A stretch of 64,000 nucleotides of DNA from Candidatus Sericytochromatia bacterium. GTDB taxonomy: Bacteria > Cyanobacteriota > Sericytochromatia > S15B-MN24 > VGJW01. Of this stretch, positions 51,252 to 60,721 are shown in pieces (positions within the stretch are counted from its first letter, which is position 1; the number at the start of each line of letters is the position of its first letter). Where the stretch lies: contig JAYKIS010000013.1 in the NCBI GenBank assembly GCA_035286125.1, positions 5,451 to 69,450 of the forward strand. The letters are read 5' to 3'. Made by a program: the position numbers and the translations under genes. The notes beneath the pieces were generated by a model. It was not told where the DNA came from, searched no databases, and saw only the letters and a list, made by a program, of their open reading frames with translations.

Positions 51252-51691
51252 CAGCGTCCCTCCCCTGCAACGGCCGCGGCCGGGACGACCGGTGCGACGG
51301 CACCGGCCTGGCCGTCGTCGCTCGTGCGGCTGACGAGCGCGGCACCCGTGACGATCAGCAGGGCCCCCACCCAGCGCTGGACGCTGACGTGTTCGTTCAG
51401 GATGAACCGGCTGACCAGCAGCACCAGCACGTAGGAGAGGCCCAGCATCGGATACGCGAAGCTCAGCGGGACCCGGGAAAGCACGACGATCCAGACGACG
51501 GCACCCAGGCCGTACAGACCGATGCCGGCCACGATGTAGGGGTTGCTGACGACCCGCTGCAGCAGGCCCCAGCCGCCGGAAACGGCTTGTCCGTCGATGC
51601 GTCCCAGCAGGCCCGTGCCGTATTTCAGCGACAACTGGCCGCCCACGCTGATGACGATGGCGAGCAGGATCAGGATCAGGGACTTGGTCAT
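51251..51691 (-). CDS. small EamA/SMR-like 4-TM transporter (ArnE/ArnF-like candidate lipid-linked sugar flippase)
   Basis: 146 aa with four hydrophobic helices (LILILLAIVISVGGQLSLKYG ... FAYPMLGLSYVLVLLVSRFILNE...ALLIVTGAAL). ATGA overlap with the galE start. Confidence 0.72.
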   Translation of the reverse strand: MTKSLILILLAIVISVGGQLSLKYGTGLLGRIDGQAVSGGWGLLQRVVSNPYIVAGIGLYGLGAVVWIVVLSRVPLSFAYPMLGLSYVLVLLVSRFILNEHVSVQRWVGALLIVTGAALVSRTSDDGQAGAVAPVVPAAAVAGEGR

Positions 51692-51716
51692 CGATGGCCC
51701 GGGACGTAGGGGGGTG

Positions 51717-53243
51717 TCAGTAGGCCTTGTGGGCCACGACCTCGTAGAGGGTCCTGAGCATGATCTTCATGTCGAACAGCCATGACCAGTTCTCGACGTA
51801 GTAGATATCGTAGCGCGTCCGCTCCTCGATCGAGCCTTCCTCGCCCCGCAGGCCGTTGATCTGCGCCCAGCCCGTCAGGCCCGAGCGAACGAGGTGCCGG
51901 TCCATGTACTTGGGGATTTCCTGCCGGAACCGGTCCACGAAGTAGGGGCGCTCGGGCCTCGGTCCGACCAGGCTCATATCGCCCTTGAAGACATTCCACA
52001 ACTGGGGCAGCTCGTCCAGGCTGAAGCGCCGCAGGACCCGACCCACGGGCGTCACGCGGTTGTCCTCGGGGCGCGCCCAGACCGGTCCCGTGGCGTCTTC
52101 CGAGTCCGTGCGCATCGAGCGGAACTTGTAGATGGGGAAAAGCCGGCCGTCGCGGCCCATGCGCTCCTGGGCGTAGAACACCGGTCCTGGCGTCATCCGG
52201 ACCAGCAGGGCCAGCAGGGCGAAGACCGGGGCGAGCACCAGCAGCGCCGTCCCGGACAGCACGACGTCCGTTGTCCGCTTGACGAAGCGATGGTGCCACT
52301 TGCGCAGGGGGACGTCCCGGATCTCGAGCGTGGGCACGCCATCGAGTTCGCCGATGACGAGCTTGGCCGTCACCAGCTCCGTCAGATCCGGCACGATGCG
52401 GAAGCGGATGCCGGGAACCACCACCGAACACGTCGCCATCCAGGCGAACAGGTCCCGGAAACTGGCTCCTGGCAACGCGAAGACCACTTCGTCGATATGG
52501 TGGCGGACCACGACCTCCCCGAGGTTGTCCAGGTGCCCCAGCACGTGGCCCCATCCGGCGAGCTCGCCTTCCGAGCGGTTCCAGGCCGGGAAGGTCCAGC
52601 GATCCCCCTCGACGGCGTCCGTCGGGCCGGGCACGAAGCCCACGAGGCGGTGCCCCAGCTCAGGGTGGCGGTAGAGGCGCGTACCGACGGTCTCGGCCAG
52701 GCTATTGCAGCCGACGACGAGGGTGTTGAGAGCCCCCCAGCCGCGCCGCATCAGGGCGCGGTAGGCCTTGCGGGCGACCACATGGCCGGTGGCGAGGGCC
52801 AGCCACGCCACCGTCGTCCCCATGACGACCCAGATGCGCGAGAAGGAGAAGTCCCGGTAGAAGAAGCTGGCGGCCAACACCAGCAAGGTACCGAGCGCCA
52901 GGGCGACGGTGAGCAGCACGACGTCCTCGAAATGGCCGGCACCGCGGCGATCCCGGTACATGCCCGCGAGCGCCATCGCGACCACCCAGACGCCGGCGAT
53001 GGCCAGCGAGCCCCACGCATAGGGGCCCACGGGTGGCGCAATCGCCACGCCCATGACGTTCTTCCAGACGAACCGGGCCGCGTAGGCCAGCATCAGGGCC
53101 GAGAAGCCCAGCAGCAGGTCCATGGCCAGCACGCCGGGCACGGCCAGCGCGAAGGTCCGGCGGCGCACGCCGTCCCACCAGGGCCGGACGGCGGGTTCGA
53201 CGGGCACGGCACCGGTGGCGTGCACCAGCCATTGGTTGGCCAT
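51717..53243 (-). CDS. undecaprenyl-phosphate sugar-1-phosphate transferase (WbaP/EPS polyprenyl glycosylphosphotransferase type)
   Basis: 508 aa. N-terminal TM bundle, a Rossmann-like linker ([14 protein letters not shown]), then the C-terminal catalytic domain: [58 protein letters not shown]. Confidence 0.93.
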   Translation of the reverse strand: MANQWLVHATGAVPVEPAVRPWWDGVRRRTFALAVPGVLAMDLLLGFSALMLAYAARFVWKNVMGVAIAPPVGPYAWGSLAIAGVWVVAMALAGMYRDRRGAGHFEDVVLLTVALALGTLLVLAASFFYRDFSFSRIWVVMGTTVAWLALATGHVVARKAYRALMRRGWGALNTLVVGCNSLAETVGTRLYRHPELGHRLVGFVPGPTDAVEGDRWTFPAWNRSEGELAGWGHVLGHLDNLGEVVVRHHIDEVVFALPGASFRDLFAWMATCSVVVPGIRFRIVPDLTELVTAKLVIGELDGVPTLEIRDVPLRKWHHRFVKRTTDVVLSGTALLVLAPVFALLALLVRMTPGPVFYAQERMGRDGRLFPIYKFRSMRTDSEDATGPVWARPEDNRVTPVGRVLRRFSLDELPQLWNVFKGDMSLVGPRPERPYFVDRFRQEIPKYMDRHLVRSGLTGWAQINGLRGEEGSIEERTRYDIYYVENWSWLFDMKIMLRTLYEVVAHKAY

Positions 53244-54388
53244 CAGGCACCCCCCGCCAGCGCAGCCACCCCGCGTGCCGCCTCGGCCTGCGTGGGGACG
53301 CCTTGTTCGCGATGCGCGGCCAGCAGGGAATCGAGCACTGCTGCGATCCGCTGCTTGAAGCGGTCGGGGGCGAAGCCGGCCGCATGAGCCACCATGGCCT
53401 GCGGCTGCCAGGCGATACGCCGGGCCTCGCCGATGGCCGCGACCAGGGCAGGGACCTCGGCCTCCGGGAAGAAGCAGCCCGTCACGCCCGGCCGCACCGA
53501 GTCAAGGGCACCGCCGAGACCCAGGGCGATGACCGGCCGGCCCGAGGCCATGGCCTCGACGGGCACGATGCCGAAGTCCTCGAGGCCCGGGAACAGCAAG
53601 GCGTCCGCCCGAGCCAGCTCGTGCGCGACCCGTTCGTCGTCAAGCGCCCCCAGGAAGGTCACGCCGGGACCTGCCATCGCTTCCAGGCGGCGACGCTCGG
53701 GGCCGTCCCCGATGACACGCAGGGGCACGCCCAACTGGCTGCACGCCGCGACGGCGAGGTCCACGCGCTTGTAGGGCACCAGACGCGAGACAACCAGCAT
53801 GTGACGACCAATCTCATCGGCTGGGGCCGGTCGGAACCGTGAAACGTCTACCGGCGGCGGCACCACGGCGGCATCGGCTCCGTACCAGCGGCGGATGCGG
53901 CTGCGCACCTCACCCGAATTGGCAATCCAGTGATCGACGCGGCGGGCGGCCAGGACATCCCATTGGCGAAGCCGGTGCAACTGCCACGCCGCGAATGGGC
54001 GCATCACGGCCGGAAGGCTCTCGAGGTACTCGGGGGCCATGTCCCAGAGGTAGCGGGTGGGCGTGTGGCAGTAGGCGACGTGCAGGGCGTCGGGGCGCAC
54101 CAGCACGCCCTTGGCGCAGGCATGGGTGCTTGTCAGGACCAGGTCGTAGGCGCGCAGATCGAACTGTTCGAAGGCCAGCGGCATCAGGGGCAGGGTTGCC
54201 TGATGCGGCAGGGGCAGGCGCTGGAGGAACGAGGTGCGCACGTCCGTGAGGCCGAGGCGGGAACCCAGGTTGCCGCGGTGCATGGCGACGTGCACGGGTG
54301 CTCCCGGGAACATGCAGGCCAAGGCCTCGACCACGCGCTCGGAACCGGCGAGGTTCGTGAGCCATTCGTGGACGAGGGCGACCTTCAC
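53243..54388 (-). CDS. glycosyltransferase family 4 (GT-B)
   Basis: GTG 54388 (VKVALVHEWL) forms a GTGA overlap with the upstream stop, and there is an ATGA overlap with the downstream start. Motifs: ANSGEVRSRI, SRLVPYKRVD, FPGLEDFGIVPVEAMASGRPVIA (EX7E). Confidence 0.9.
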   Translation of the reverse strand: MKVALVHEWLTNLAGSERVVEALACMFPGAPVHVAMHRGNLGSRLGLTDVRTSFLQRLPLPHQATLPLMPLAFEQFDLRAYDLVLTSTHACAKGVLVRPDALHVAYCHTPTRYLWDMAPEYLESLPAVMRPFAAWQLHRLRQWDVLAARRVDHWIANSGEVRSRIRRWYGADAAVVPPPVDVSRFRPAPADEIGRHMLVVSRLVPYKRVDLAVAACSQLGVPLRVIGDGPERRRLEAMAGPGVTFLGALDDERVAHELARADALLFPGLEDFGIVPVEAMASGRPVIALGLGGALDSVRPGVTGCFFPEAEVPALVAAIGEARRIAWQPQAMVAHAAGFAPDRFKQRIAAVLDSLLAAHREQGVPTQAEAARGVAALAGGA

Positions 54389-55512
54389 GACGGGGTTCTT
54401 CCGGAGGGACTTTCCGGGTGGGTGGGCACCCGTGGGTAGGTTTCGGCGGTCAGGCGGGCCGTCTGCTCCCAGGTGAAGCGGTTGGCCCGCTCGCGGCCCA
54501 GACCGGCGAGTCGCTGGCGCAAGTCGGCGTCCGCAAGGACCGCGCGGAGCGCTCCCTGCCATGCTACCACGTCGTTCCATCGGGCTTCGAGGCAAGCCCC
54601 GGCAAGCGTTTCAGCCGTTGCCGAGCCGGTATCGGCAATGACGGGGATGCCGGCCGCCATCGCCTCGAGCGGAGGCAGGCCGAAGCCTTCTATCCGGCTG
54701 GGAAAGACGAAGGCCATCGCTCCGTGGTACAGGGTCCGGACATCAGCCTCGTCCGGCAGTCCCGGGATGTTGTGCAGGAGATGGCCGACGCCCAGCGCCG
54801 CGGCGACGGGACGGATGTCGTGGCGCGGGTCGGGGCGCCCTAACTGGACGAGCGGCGGGACATCCGCGCCCTCGCGCAGCAGGACGGCCATCGCCTCGAG
54901 TACCGTTCCCAGGCCCTTGTGCGGCTTCCATTGCCCGACGTGGAGCATGTAGCGGTCGGGCAGCCCGAGGCTGGCCCGGAACCGGGCTGCCCGGTCCTCG
55001 GGGATCGGCTCCCCGAAGCGGGGATCCACGCCCAGCGGGGTCACGATGATGCGTTCGGCAGGCACGCCGCGGGCGATCAGGTCATCGCGTGTGAAGGCCG
55101 AGACCGTCAGGATCCTCCGGGCCCGGGCCGGGACCAGCCACGTGCCCATCGCGCGGATATAGGCCGTGCCCAGCTTGCCCAGGACCGGAACATGGAGCGG
55201 GATCAGGTCGTGGATGGTCGCGACGAGCGGCACGGGGCAGGCCAGCGGCACCGTCAGGTGCGGGGCGTGGAAGACGTCGGGGGGATGCGTGCGAATGGCC
55301 TGCCAGAGGGCGCCCTGCTCCCGAAGGGAGTGCAGGGGGGCGTCCAGGATCACGCCCGGGCGATCGAGTTCTGCCAGGATCGGGGCTGGTCCGAAGGGCA
55401 CGAGCGTGAGGTCGTGCGCCGGCAATCGGGTCCACAGCTCCCGGATGTACCGGCCGATGCCGGTGTGGTGCCACATCCGGACATCGAGGCCGACCCGGAG
55501 CGGCCGTGTCAC
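54385..55512 (-). CDS. glycosyltransferase family 4 (GT-B)
   Basis: GTG 55512 (VTRPLRVGLDV) forms a GTGA overlap with the upstream stop. Motifs: TGIGRYIREL, TVSAFTRDDL, FVFPSRIEGFGLPPLEAMAAGIPVIA (EX7E). Confidence 0.88.
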   Translation of the reverse strand: MTRPLRVGLDVRMWHHTGIGRYIRELWTRLPAHDLTLVPFGPAPILAELDRPGVILDAPLHSLREQGALWQAIRTHPPDVFHAPHLTVPLACPVPLVATIHDLIPLHVPVLGKLGTAYIRAMGTWLVPARARRILTVSAFTRDDLIARGVPAERIIVTPLGVDPRFGEPIPEDRAARFRASLGLPDRYMLHVGQWKPHKGLGTVLEAMAVLLREGADVPPLVQLGRPDPRHDIRPVAAALGVGHLLHNIPGLPDEADVRTLYHGAMAFVFPSRIEGFGLPPLEAMAAGIPVIADTGSATAETLAGACLEARWNDVVAWQGALRAVLADADLRQRLAGLGRERANRFTWEQTARLTAETYPRVPTHPESPSGRTPS

Positions 55513-56453
55513 GTCGGCCTGCCCGATGCCAGGCGGAACCATTCGGCCGTCCGTGCAAGGCCCTCGGCCAACGGCACGACGGGCTGCCAGCCCACCAGGG
55601 TCCGGGCCCGGTCGATATCCGGCTTGCGCTGCCGGGGATCATCAGGAGGCAGGGGGTGCCATGCCCGCGCAGCCGGGCTCCCCAGCAAGGCGTCGATGGC
55701 GTCCGCCAGCTCGCGGATGGTGAACTCGCCCGGGTTGCCCAGGTTGGCCGGAAGGGCATCGCCCCCGTCCATCCAGGCCAGCAGGCCGGCTACCAGGTCC
55801 GAGACGTACTGGAACGAGCGTGTCTGCTCACCCGTGCCGTAAATCGTCAGCGGCATGCCGGCCAGGGCCTGGCAGAGGAAGTTGGAGACGACCCGGCCGT
55901 CATCGGCCCTCATCCGCGGACCGTAGGTGTTGAAGATCCGCACGATGCGCGTGTCGACAGCGTGGGTCCGGTGATAGGCCATCGTGAGCGCCTCGGCATA
56001 GCGCTTCGCCTCGTCGTAGCAGCTGCGCCAGCCGATCGGGTTCACGTGCCCCCAGTAGCTCTCGGGTTGTGGATGGACCTGGGGGTCGCCGTAGACTTCC
56101 GAGGTCGAGGCCACCAGGAACCGGGCCTGCCAGTGTCTTGCGGCCTCGAGCAGATGCCGGGTGCCCTCTGCGCCGACGCGCAGCGTCTCGACGGGCAGAC
56201 GGCCGTAGTCCGGCGGCGAAGCCGGCGAGGCGAGGTGCCACACCGTCCCGCACGGTTCGAGCGACGGCAGGCCGTCGCTGATGTCCGCCTCGATCAGCGT
56301 GCAGCGGCCCGTGGCCATCGCCGGGCCAAGGTTCTCCCGGCGGCCCGTGCAGAGGTTGTCGAGGACCACGACCGTCTCGCCGGCTGCCAGCAGGGCATCG
56401 ACGAGGTGCGACCCCACGAAGCCCGCACCACCCGCCACCAGGGCACGTGCCAC
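55509..56453 (-). CDS. UDP-glucuronate decarboxylase (UDP-xylose synthase-type SDR)
   Basis: 314 aa with a GTG start. Motifs: ALVAGGAGFVGSHL, STSEVYGDP, HPQPESYWGHVNPIG, YDEAKRYAE (YxxxK), RIFNTYGPRM, DGRVVSNF, GTGEQTRSFQYVSDLV. These are diagnostic of UXS/ArnA-C-terminal-like decarboxylases. Confidence 0.88.
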   Translation of the reverse strand: MARALVAGGAGFVGSHLVDALLAAGETVVVLDNLCTGRRENLGPAMATGRCTLIEADISDGLPSLEPCGTVWHLASPASPPDYGRLPVETLRVGAEGTRHLLEAARHWQARFLVASTSEVYGDPQVHPQPESYWGHVNPIGWRSCYDEAKRYAEALTMAYHRTHAVDTRIVRIFNTYGPRMRADDGRVVSNFLCQALAGMPLTIYGTGEQTRSFQYVSDLVAGLLAWMDGGDALPANLGNPGEFTIRELADAIDALLGSPAARAWHPLPPDDPRQRKPDIDRARTLVGWQPVVPLAEGLARTAEWFRLASGRPT

Positions 56454-56454
56454 C

Positions 56455-57858
56455 TCAGCCGCGCCCCACGCCGACCAGGGTCAGGCCGGCTTCCTCGGTG
56501 CGCTGACGTTCGAGCACGTTGCGTCCGTCGACCAGCAGGCGCCCGCGCATCCGCGAGGCGACGGCGGCCAGGTCGAGCTTGCGGTAGGGCGCCCATTCCG
56601 TGACCAGGACAAGGGCATCACAGCCCACGGCGAGGTCCAGGGGATCGTCGGCAAAGACCAGGTCCAGGTCGGTCCACTCCTGGAGGGCCCGGGGCATGGC
56701 GACAGGATCATGCACCCGGACGCGGGCACCGGCCTTGAGCAGTTGCATCGCGATGGCGCGGCTCGGGGCATCGCGAAGGTCGTCGGTGTCCGGCTTGAAG
56801 GCCAGGCCCAGCAGGCCGATGGTCCGGCCCTTGAGGATCTTGAGGTGCTCCTGAAGCTTCACCAGCACGACATGGCGCTGGTGCTCGTTGACCTCGACCG
56901 TGGCCTCGAGCATGCGCGTGGGCACGCCGTACTCGCGGGCCGTGGCCTGCAGGGCCATGACGTCCTTGCGAAAGCACGAGCCCCCCCAGCCGATGCCGGC
57001 CTGCAGGAAGCGCGGGCCGATGCGCGTATCGAGGCCGATGCCGCGGGCGACCTCGGTGATGTCGGCCCCGACCTTTTCGGCCAGCGAGGCCATCTCGTTG
57101 ATGAAGCTGATCTTGGTCGCGAGGAAGGCATTGGCGGCATACTTGACCAGCTCGGCCGATGCGAGGTCGGTCTCCACCAAGGGAACCGGATGCCCGTGCC
57201 GGGCGAGGCCTAGTCCGGGCGGGACCGGAAAGTCCTGATCGAGGATGGCCCGGTAAAGCTGGCGCAGGATCGCGAAGGCCCTGTCGTCACCCGCCCCGAC
57301 GACGATGCGGTCCGGATGCAGGGTGTCGCCGATGGCGGACCCTTCCCGCAGGAACTCGGGGTTGGACGCGACAAGGAACCGATGCCTCGCCACGTCGCCT
57401 TTCCCCTGGCCATGCCCGGCCGGAACGGCACGGGCCTTGAGGCCTTCCTCCACGAGCATCCCGACCCAGTTGCCCGAGCCAATGGGCACGGTGCTCTTGT
57501 TGACGACAAGGATGCCGGCGTCGGGGTCCAGGTACTGGCCGATGCCGCGCGCGACGGTCTCGAGCGCCGTCAGGTCGGGGTCGCCCGAGGGCAAGGGGGG
57601 TGTGCCCACGGCGATGAAGACGACATCGGGAGCCGTCGGCGCCGCCTCCAGGCTGGCCACCACGCGCAGGTGCCCGGCGGCCATGGTCTCGGCGAGCAAC
57701 TCGGGCAGGCCCGGCTCGTGGATGGGGCATTGTCCGGCCTCGAGCAGCACGCGCTTGGCTGCATCGTTCTCGACCAGCGTGACGTCGTGGTCCAGCCAGG
57801 CAAGGCAGGCGCCCGTCACCAGGCCGACGTAGCCGGCACCGACGACCGTTACCTTCAC
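56455..57858 (-). CDS. ugd: UDP-glucose 6-dehydrogenase
   Basis: 467 aa. GTG start in a GTGA overlap with the rfbB stop. Motifs: MKVTVVGAGYVGLVTGACLA, NPEFLREGSAI, GIGWGGSCFRKD (catalytic Cys), GLAFKPDTDDLRD. Confidence 0.94.
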   Translation of the reverse strand: MKVTVVGAGYVGLVTGACLAWLDHDVTLVENDAAKRVLLEAGQCPIHEPGLPELLAETMAAGHLRVVASLEAAPTAPDVVFIAVGTPPLPSGDPDLTALETVARGIGQYLDPDAGILVVNKSTVPIGSGNWVGMLVEEGLKARAVPAGHGQGKGDVARHRFLVASNPEFLREGSAIGDTLHPDRIVVGAGDDRAFAILRQLYRAILDQDFPVPPGLGLARHGHPVPLVETDLASAELVKYAANAFLATKISFINEMASLAEKVGADITEVARGIGLDTRIGPRFLQAGIGWGGSCFRKDVMALQATAREYGVPTRMLEATVEVNEHQRHVVLVKLQEHLKILKGRTIGLLGLAFKPDTDDLRDAPSRAIAMQLLKAGARVRVHDPVAMPRALQEWTDLDLVFADDPLDLAVGCDALVLVTEWAPYRKLDLAAVASRMRGRLLVDGRNVLERQRTEEAGLTLVGVGRG

Positions 57859-58886
57859 CGCTGGCCCTCGGCCACCCCTGCCGTCACGGTCCGATTGGCC
57901 TCTGCTCGCGCGGTGTCGAGGCCCCGCTCATGCAGCGGGCGCCACCAGGCCTCGTTGGCCAGGTACCACGCGACGGTCGCCTCCATGCCTTCCTCGAAAC
58001 CAACTGAGGGCTCCCAGCCCAGCTCGCGGCTGATCCGCGAGGCATCGATGGCGTAGCGCCGGTCGTGGCCGGGCCGGTCCTGCACGTGGCGGATGGCCGA
58101 GGCATCTCGCCCCAAGCGCTCGATGAGCCAATGGGTGATGAACAGGTTCGTGCGCTCGGCATTGCCACCCACGCAGTAGACCTCGCCCGGCGCGCCCTTG
58201 CGCAGCACCGTGTCGAGGGCCCGGCAGTGGTCCACGACGTAAAGCCAGTCACGGACATTCTGGCCATCGCCGTAGACGGGCACCGTGCCGCCCTGCAGCA
58301 GGTTCAGGATGAACAGCGGAATCAGCTTCTCGGGGAACTGGTAGGGACCGTAGTTGTTCGAGCAGCGGGTGATGACCGTCTCCATGCCGTAGGTATGGTG
58401 GAAGGCGCGGGCCAGCAGCTCTCCTCCGGCCTTCGAGGCGGAGTAGGGCGAGTTGGGCTGGATGGGGGTTTCCTCGGAGAAGAGTCCCGTGGGGCCCAGC
58501 GTGCCCATGACCTCGTCCGTGCTGCAGTAGAGGAACCGCGTGACGCCCTGGCGGCGGGCGACGTCGAGCATCGTCTGCGTGCCCAGAACGTTGGTCCGGA
58601 CAAAGGCCTCGGGGTCGGTAATCGACCGATCGACATGGCTCTCGGCGGCCAGATGCATGACGGCATCGACGCCCTGCATCGCAGCCGAGACGGCCTCGCG
58701 ATCGGTGATGTCACCCTGGATGAAGCGATAGCGGGGATCGGCCTCGATGTCGGCGAGACTCTCCCGGCATGCCGCGTAGGTCAGGACATCGAGGTTGACC
58801 ACCGAGTCTTCGGGTCGGGTCTCGAGCAGGTGTCGGACCAGGTTGCTGCCGATGAAGCCGCAGCCGCCGGTGACGAGAATCTTCAT
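57855..58886 (-). CDS. rfbB: dTDP-glucose 4,6-dehydratase
   Basis: 343 aa. Motifs: MKILVTGGCGFIGSN, HLAAESHVDRS, STDEVMG, YSASKAG (YxxxK), NNYGPYQFPEKLIP, GDGQNVRDWLYVVDH, DRPGHDRRYAID. Confidence 0.95.
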   Translation of the reverse strand: MKILVTGGCGFIGSNLVRHLLETRPEDSVVNLDVLTYAACRESLADIEADPRYRFIQGDITDREAVSAAMQGVDAVMHLAAESHVDRSITDPEAFVRTNVLGTQTMLDVARRQGVTRFLYCSTDEVMGTLGPTGLFSEETPIQPNSPYSASKAGGELLARAFHHTYGMETVITRCSNNYGPYQFPEKLIPLFILNLLQGGTVPVYGDGQNVRDWLYVVDHCRALDTVLRKGAPGEVYCVGGNAERTNLFITHWLIERLGRDASAIRHVQDRPGHDRRYAIDASRISRELGWEPSVGFEEGMEATVAWYLANEAWWRPLHERGLDTARAEANRTVTAGVAEGQR

Positions 58887-58902
58887 TTGAGGGCGTCCGT
58901 TC

Positions 58903-59970
58903 TCAAGGCAACTCGACCCGGCCGTGATCGCCGATCATCAGCCGGTGGGCGCGGGGCGTCCGGTCCGAGCGGCAGATCTCCACGTCCTTGCCCAGGAGGC
59001 TGTCGGTGATGCGCCCGTCGAGGTTGGTGATGCGGCTGCCGGCCAGCACGATCGAATGCTCGATCTCGCTGCCCGTGATGGCAACGTCCGGACCGATGGA
59101 CGTGTAGGGGCCGACGAACGTGCGCTCGAGACGGGCGCCGGGTCCAATCACGGCCGGACCGCGGACCACGGTGTCGATGAGGACGGCCCCCGGTGCGATG
59201 GCCACGCGGCCCTGCACCTGGCTGGAACCCTCGAGCCGCCCCTCGATCGACGTCTCGAGGTCGTCGAGCATGATGCGGTTTGCCTCGAGCATGTCGCTGA
59301 GCTTGCCTGTGTCCTTCCACCATCCCTTGATGATGTGGGGCATCACCCGGTGCTGATGATCGATCAGGTACTGGATGGCGTCGGTGATCTCGAGTTCGCC
59401 GCGGGGCGAGGGCTTGATGGCGTGCACGGCGTCGAAGATCCGGCGGGTGAACAGATAGACACCGACCAGGGCCAGATCCGTGCGCGGCTCGGGCGGCTTC
59501 TCCTCGAGGCGGACGACGCGGCCATCTTCACCCAGCTCGGCCACGCCGAACTGGCGGGGGTTGGCGACGTGCGCCAGCAGGATCATGGCGTCGGGCTTGT
59601 CCTCGTCGAACTGCCGGACGAACGGTTGCAGACCGCCCCGAATCAGGTTGTCTCCCAGGTACATGACGAAGTCGTCGCCTGCCATGAAGTCCTCGGCGAT
59701 CTTGACTGCGTGGGCAAGGCCCAGGGGGGCCTCCTGCTGGATGTAGGCGACGCGGGCGCCCCAGGCGCTGCCATCGCCCACGGCTTCGCGTACCTCGAGG
59801 TGCGTGTCCCCGACGATGATGCCGATGTCCCGGATGCCTGCCTCGACCATCGCCTCGATGGCGTAGAACAGGATGGGCTTGTTGGCGACCGGCACCAACT
59901 GCTTGGCGGCGGTGTGGGTGATGGGCCGCAGGCGGGTGCCCTTGCCCCCGCTCAGGATGAGACCTTTCAT
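58903..59970 (-). CDS. rfbA: glucose-1-phosphate thymidylyltransferase, long form (nucleotidyltransferase + left-handed beta-helix C-domain)
   Basis: 355 aa. Motifs: MKGLILSGGKGTRLRPITHTAAKQLVPVANKP, YIQQEAPLGLAHA, YLGDN, EKP..P.S.LA-like EEKPPEPRTDLALVGVY. C-terminal hexapeptide turns. Sugar specificity is inferred from adjacency to rfbB. Confidence 0.88.
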   Translation of the reverse strand: MKGLILSGGKGTRLRPITHTAAKQLVPVANKPILFYAIEAMVEAGIRDIGIIVGDTHLEVREAVGDGSAWGARVAYIQQEAPLGLAHAVKIAEDFMAGDDFVMYLGDNLIRGGLQPFVRQFDEDKPDAMILLAHVANPRQFGVAELGEDGRVVRLEEKPPEPRTDLALVGVYLFTRRIFDAVHAIKPSPRGELEITDAIQYLIDHQHRVMPHIIKGWWKDTGKLSDMLEANRIMLDDLETSIEGRLEGSSQVQGRVAIAPGAVLIDTVVRGPAVIGPGARLERTFVGPYTSIGPDVAITGSEIEHSIVLAGSRITNLDGRITDSLLGKDVEICRSDRTPRAHRLMIGDHGRVELP

Positions 59971-59974
59971 CTGT

Positions 59975-60721
59975 TCAGCTCGTGCTCCCTGCGGCCGGGT
60001 TCGCCCCGGAGCCGCGGATTGTCGTCATGGGGGCCCAGCGCCAGCGCCAGAGCGCGGCCAGCGCCGCGAATCCGTCCCGCCATGTGATTTTCTTGCCCTC
60101 ATGGGCCTTGCGTCCATGATAGCGGATGGGCCGCTCAGCCACACGCAGGCCCATCCGCAGGACCTTTGCGGTGATTTCGGGCTCGAAGTCGAAGCGATCG
60201 GACACGATCGTCATCGGCTGCACCATCTCGGTCCGGAAGACCTTGTAGCAGGTCTCCATGTCCGTCAGGCGGGCGCCATACAGCACGTTGGTCGCCAGCG
60301 TGAGGAACTTGTTGCCCAGGAGGTGCAGCAGCGACATGTCCTGCGGGTCGCCCAGGAAGCGGCTCCCGTAGACGACGTCGGCCTCGCCGGCCTCGAGCGG
60401 CGCGAGCAGGCCGGGCAACTCGTCGGGCTCGTATTCCAGGTCGGCGTCCTGGACGACCACGTAGCGGCCGTGCACCTCGCGCAGGCCGGTCCGGATGGCC
60501 GCTCCCTTGCCCAGGTTGTGGGGATGCAGGACCACGCGCGTGCCGGGAACCAGCCCCTCGACTTCGAGGATCTGGCGCGTGCCATCGGAAGAGCCGTCGT
60601 CGACGACGACGATCTCGAGGTCCAAAGGCACGGCACGGACCTTGGCGAGGATCTGGCGGATGGATCCCGTTTCGTTGAAGACGGGCATCAGGACCGAGAG
60701 GAGGGGACGATCCGGGGTCAC
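59975..60721 (-). CDS. glycosyltransferase family 2 (soluble Dpm1-like)
   Basis: 248 aa. Motifs: LSVLMPVFNETGSI, IVVVDDGSSDGT, NLGKGAAIRTG, VVQDADLEYEPDE, YGSRF, METCYKVFR. Confidence 0.9.
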   Translation of the reverse strand: MTPDRPLLSVLMPVFNETGSIRQILAKVRAVPLDLEIVVVDDGSSDGTRQILEVEGLVPGTRVVLHPHNLGKGAAIRTGLREVHGRYVVVQDADLEYEPDELPGLLAPLEAGEADVVYGSRFLGDPQDMSLLHLLGNKFLTLATNVLYGARLTDMETCYKVFRTEMVQPMTIVSDRFDFEPEITAKVLRMGLRVAERPIRYHGRKAHEGKKITWRDGFAALAALWRWRWAPMTTIRGSGANPAAGSTS

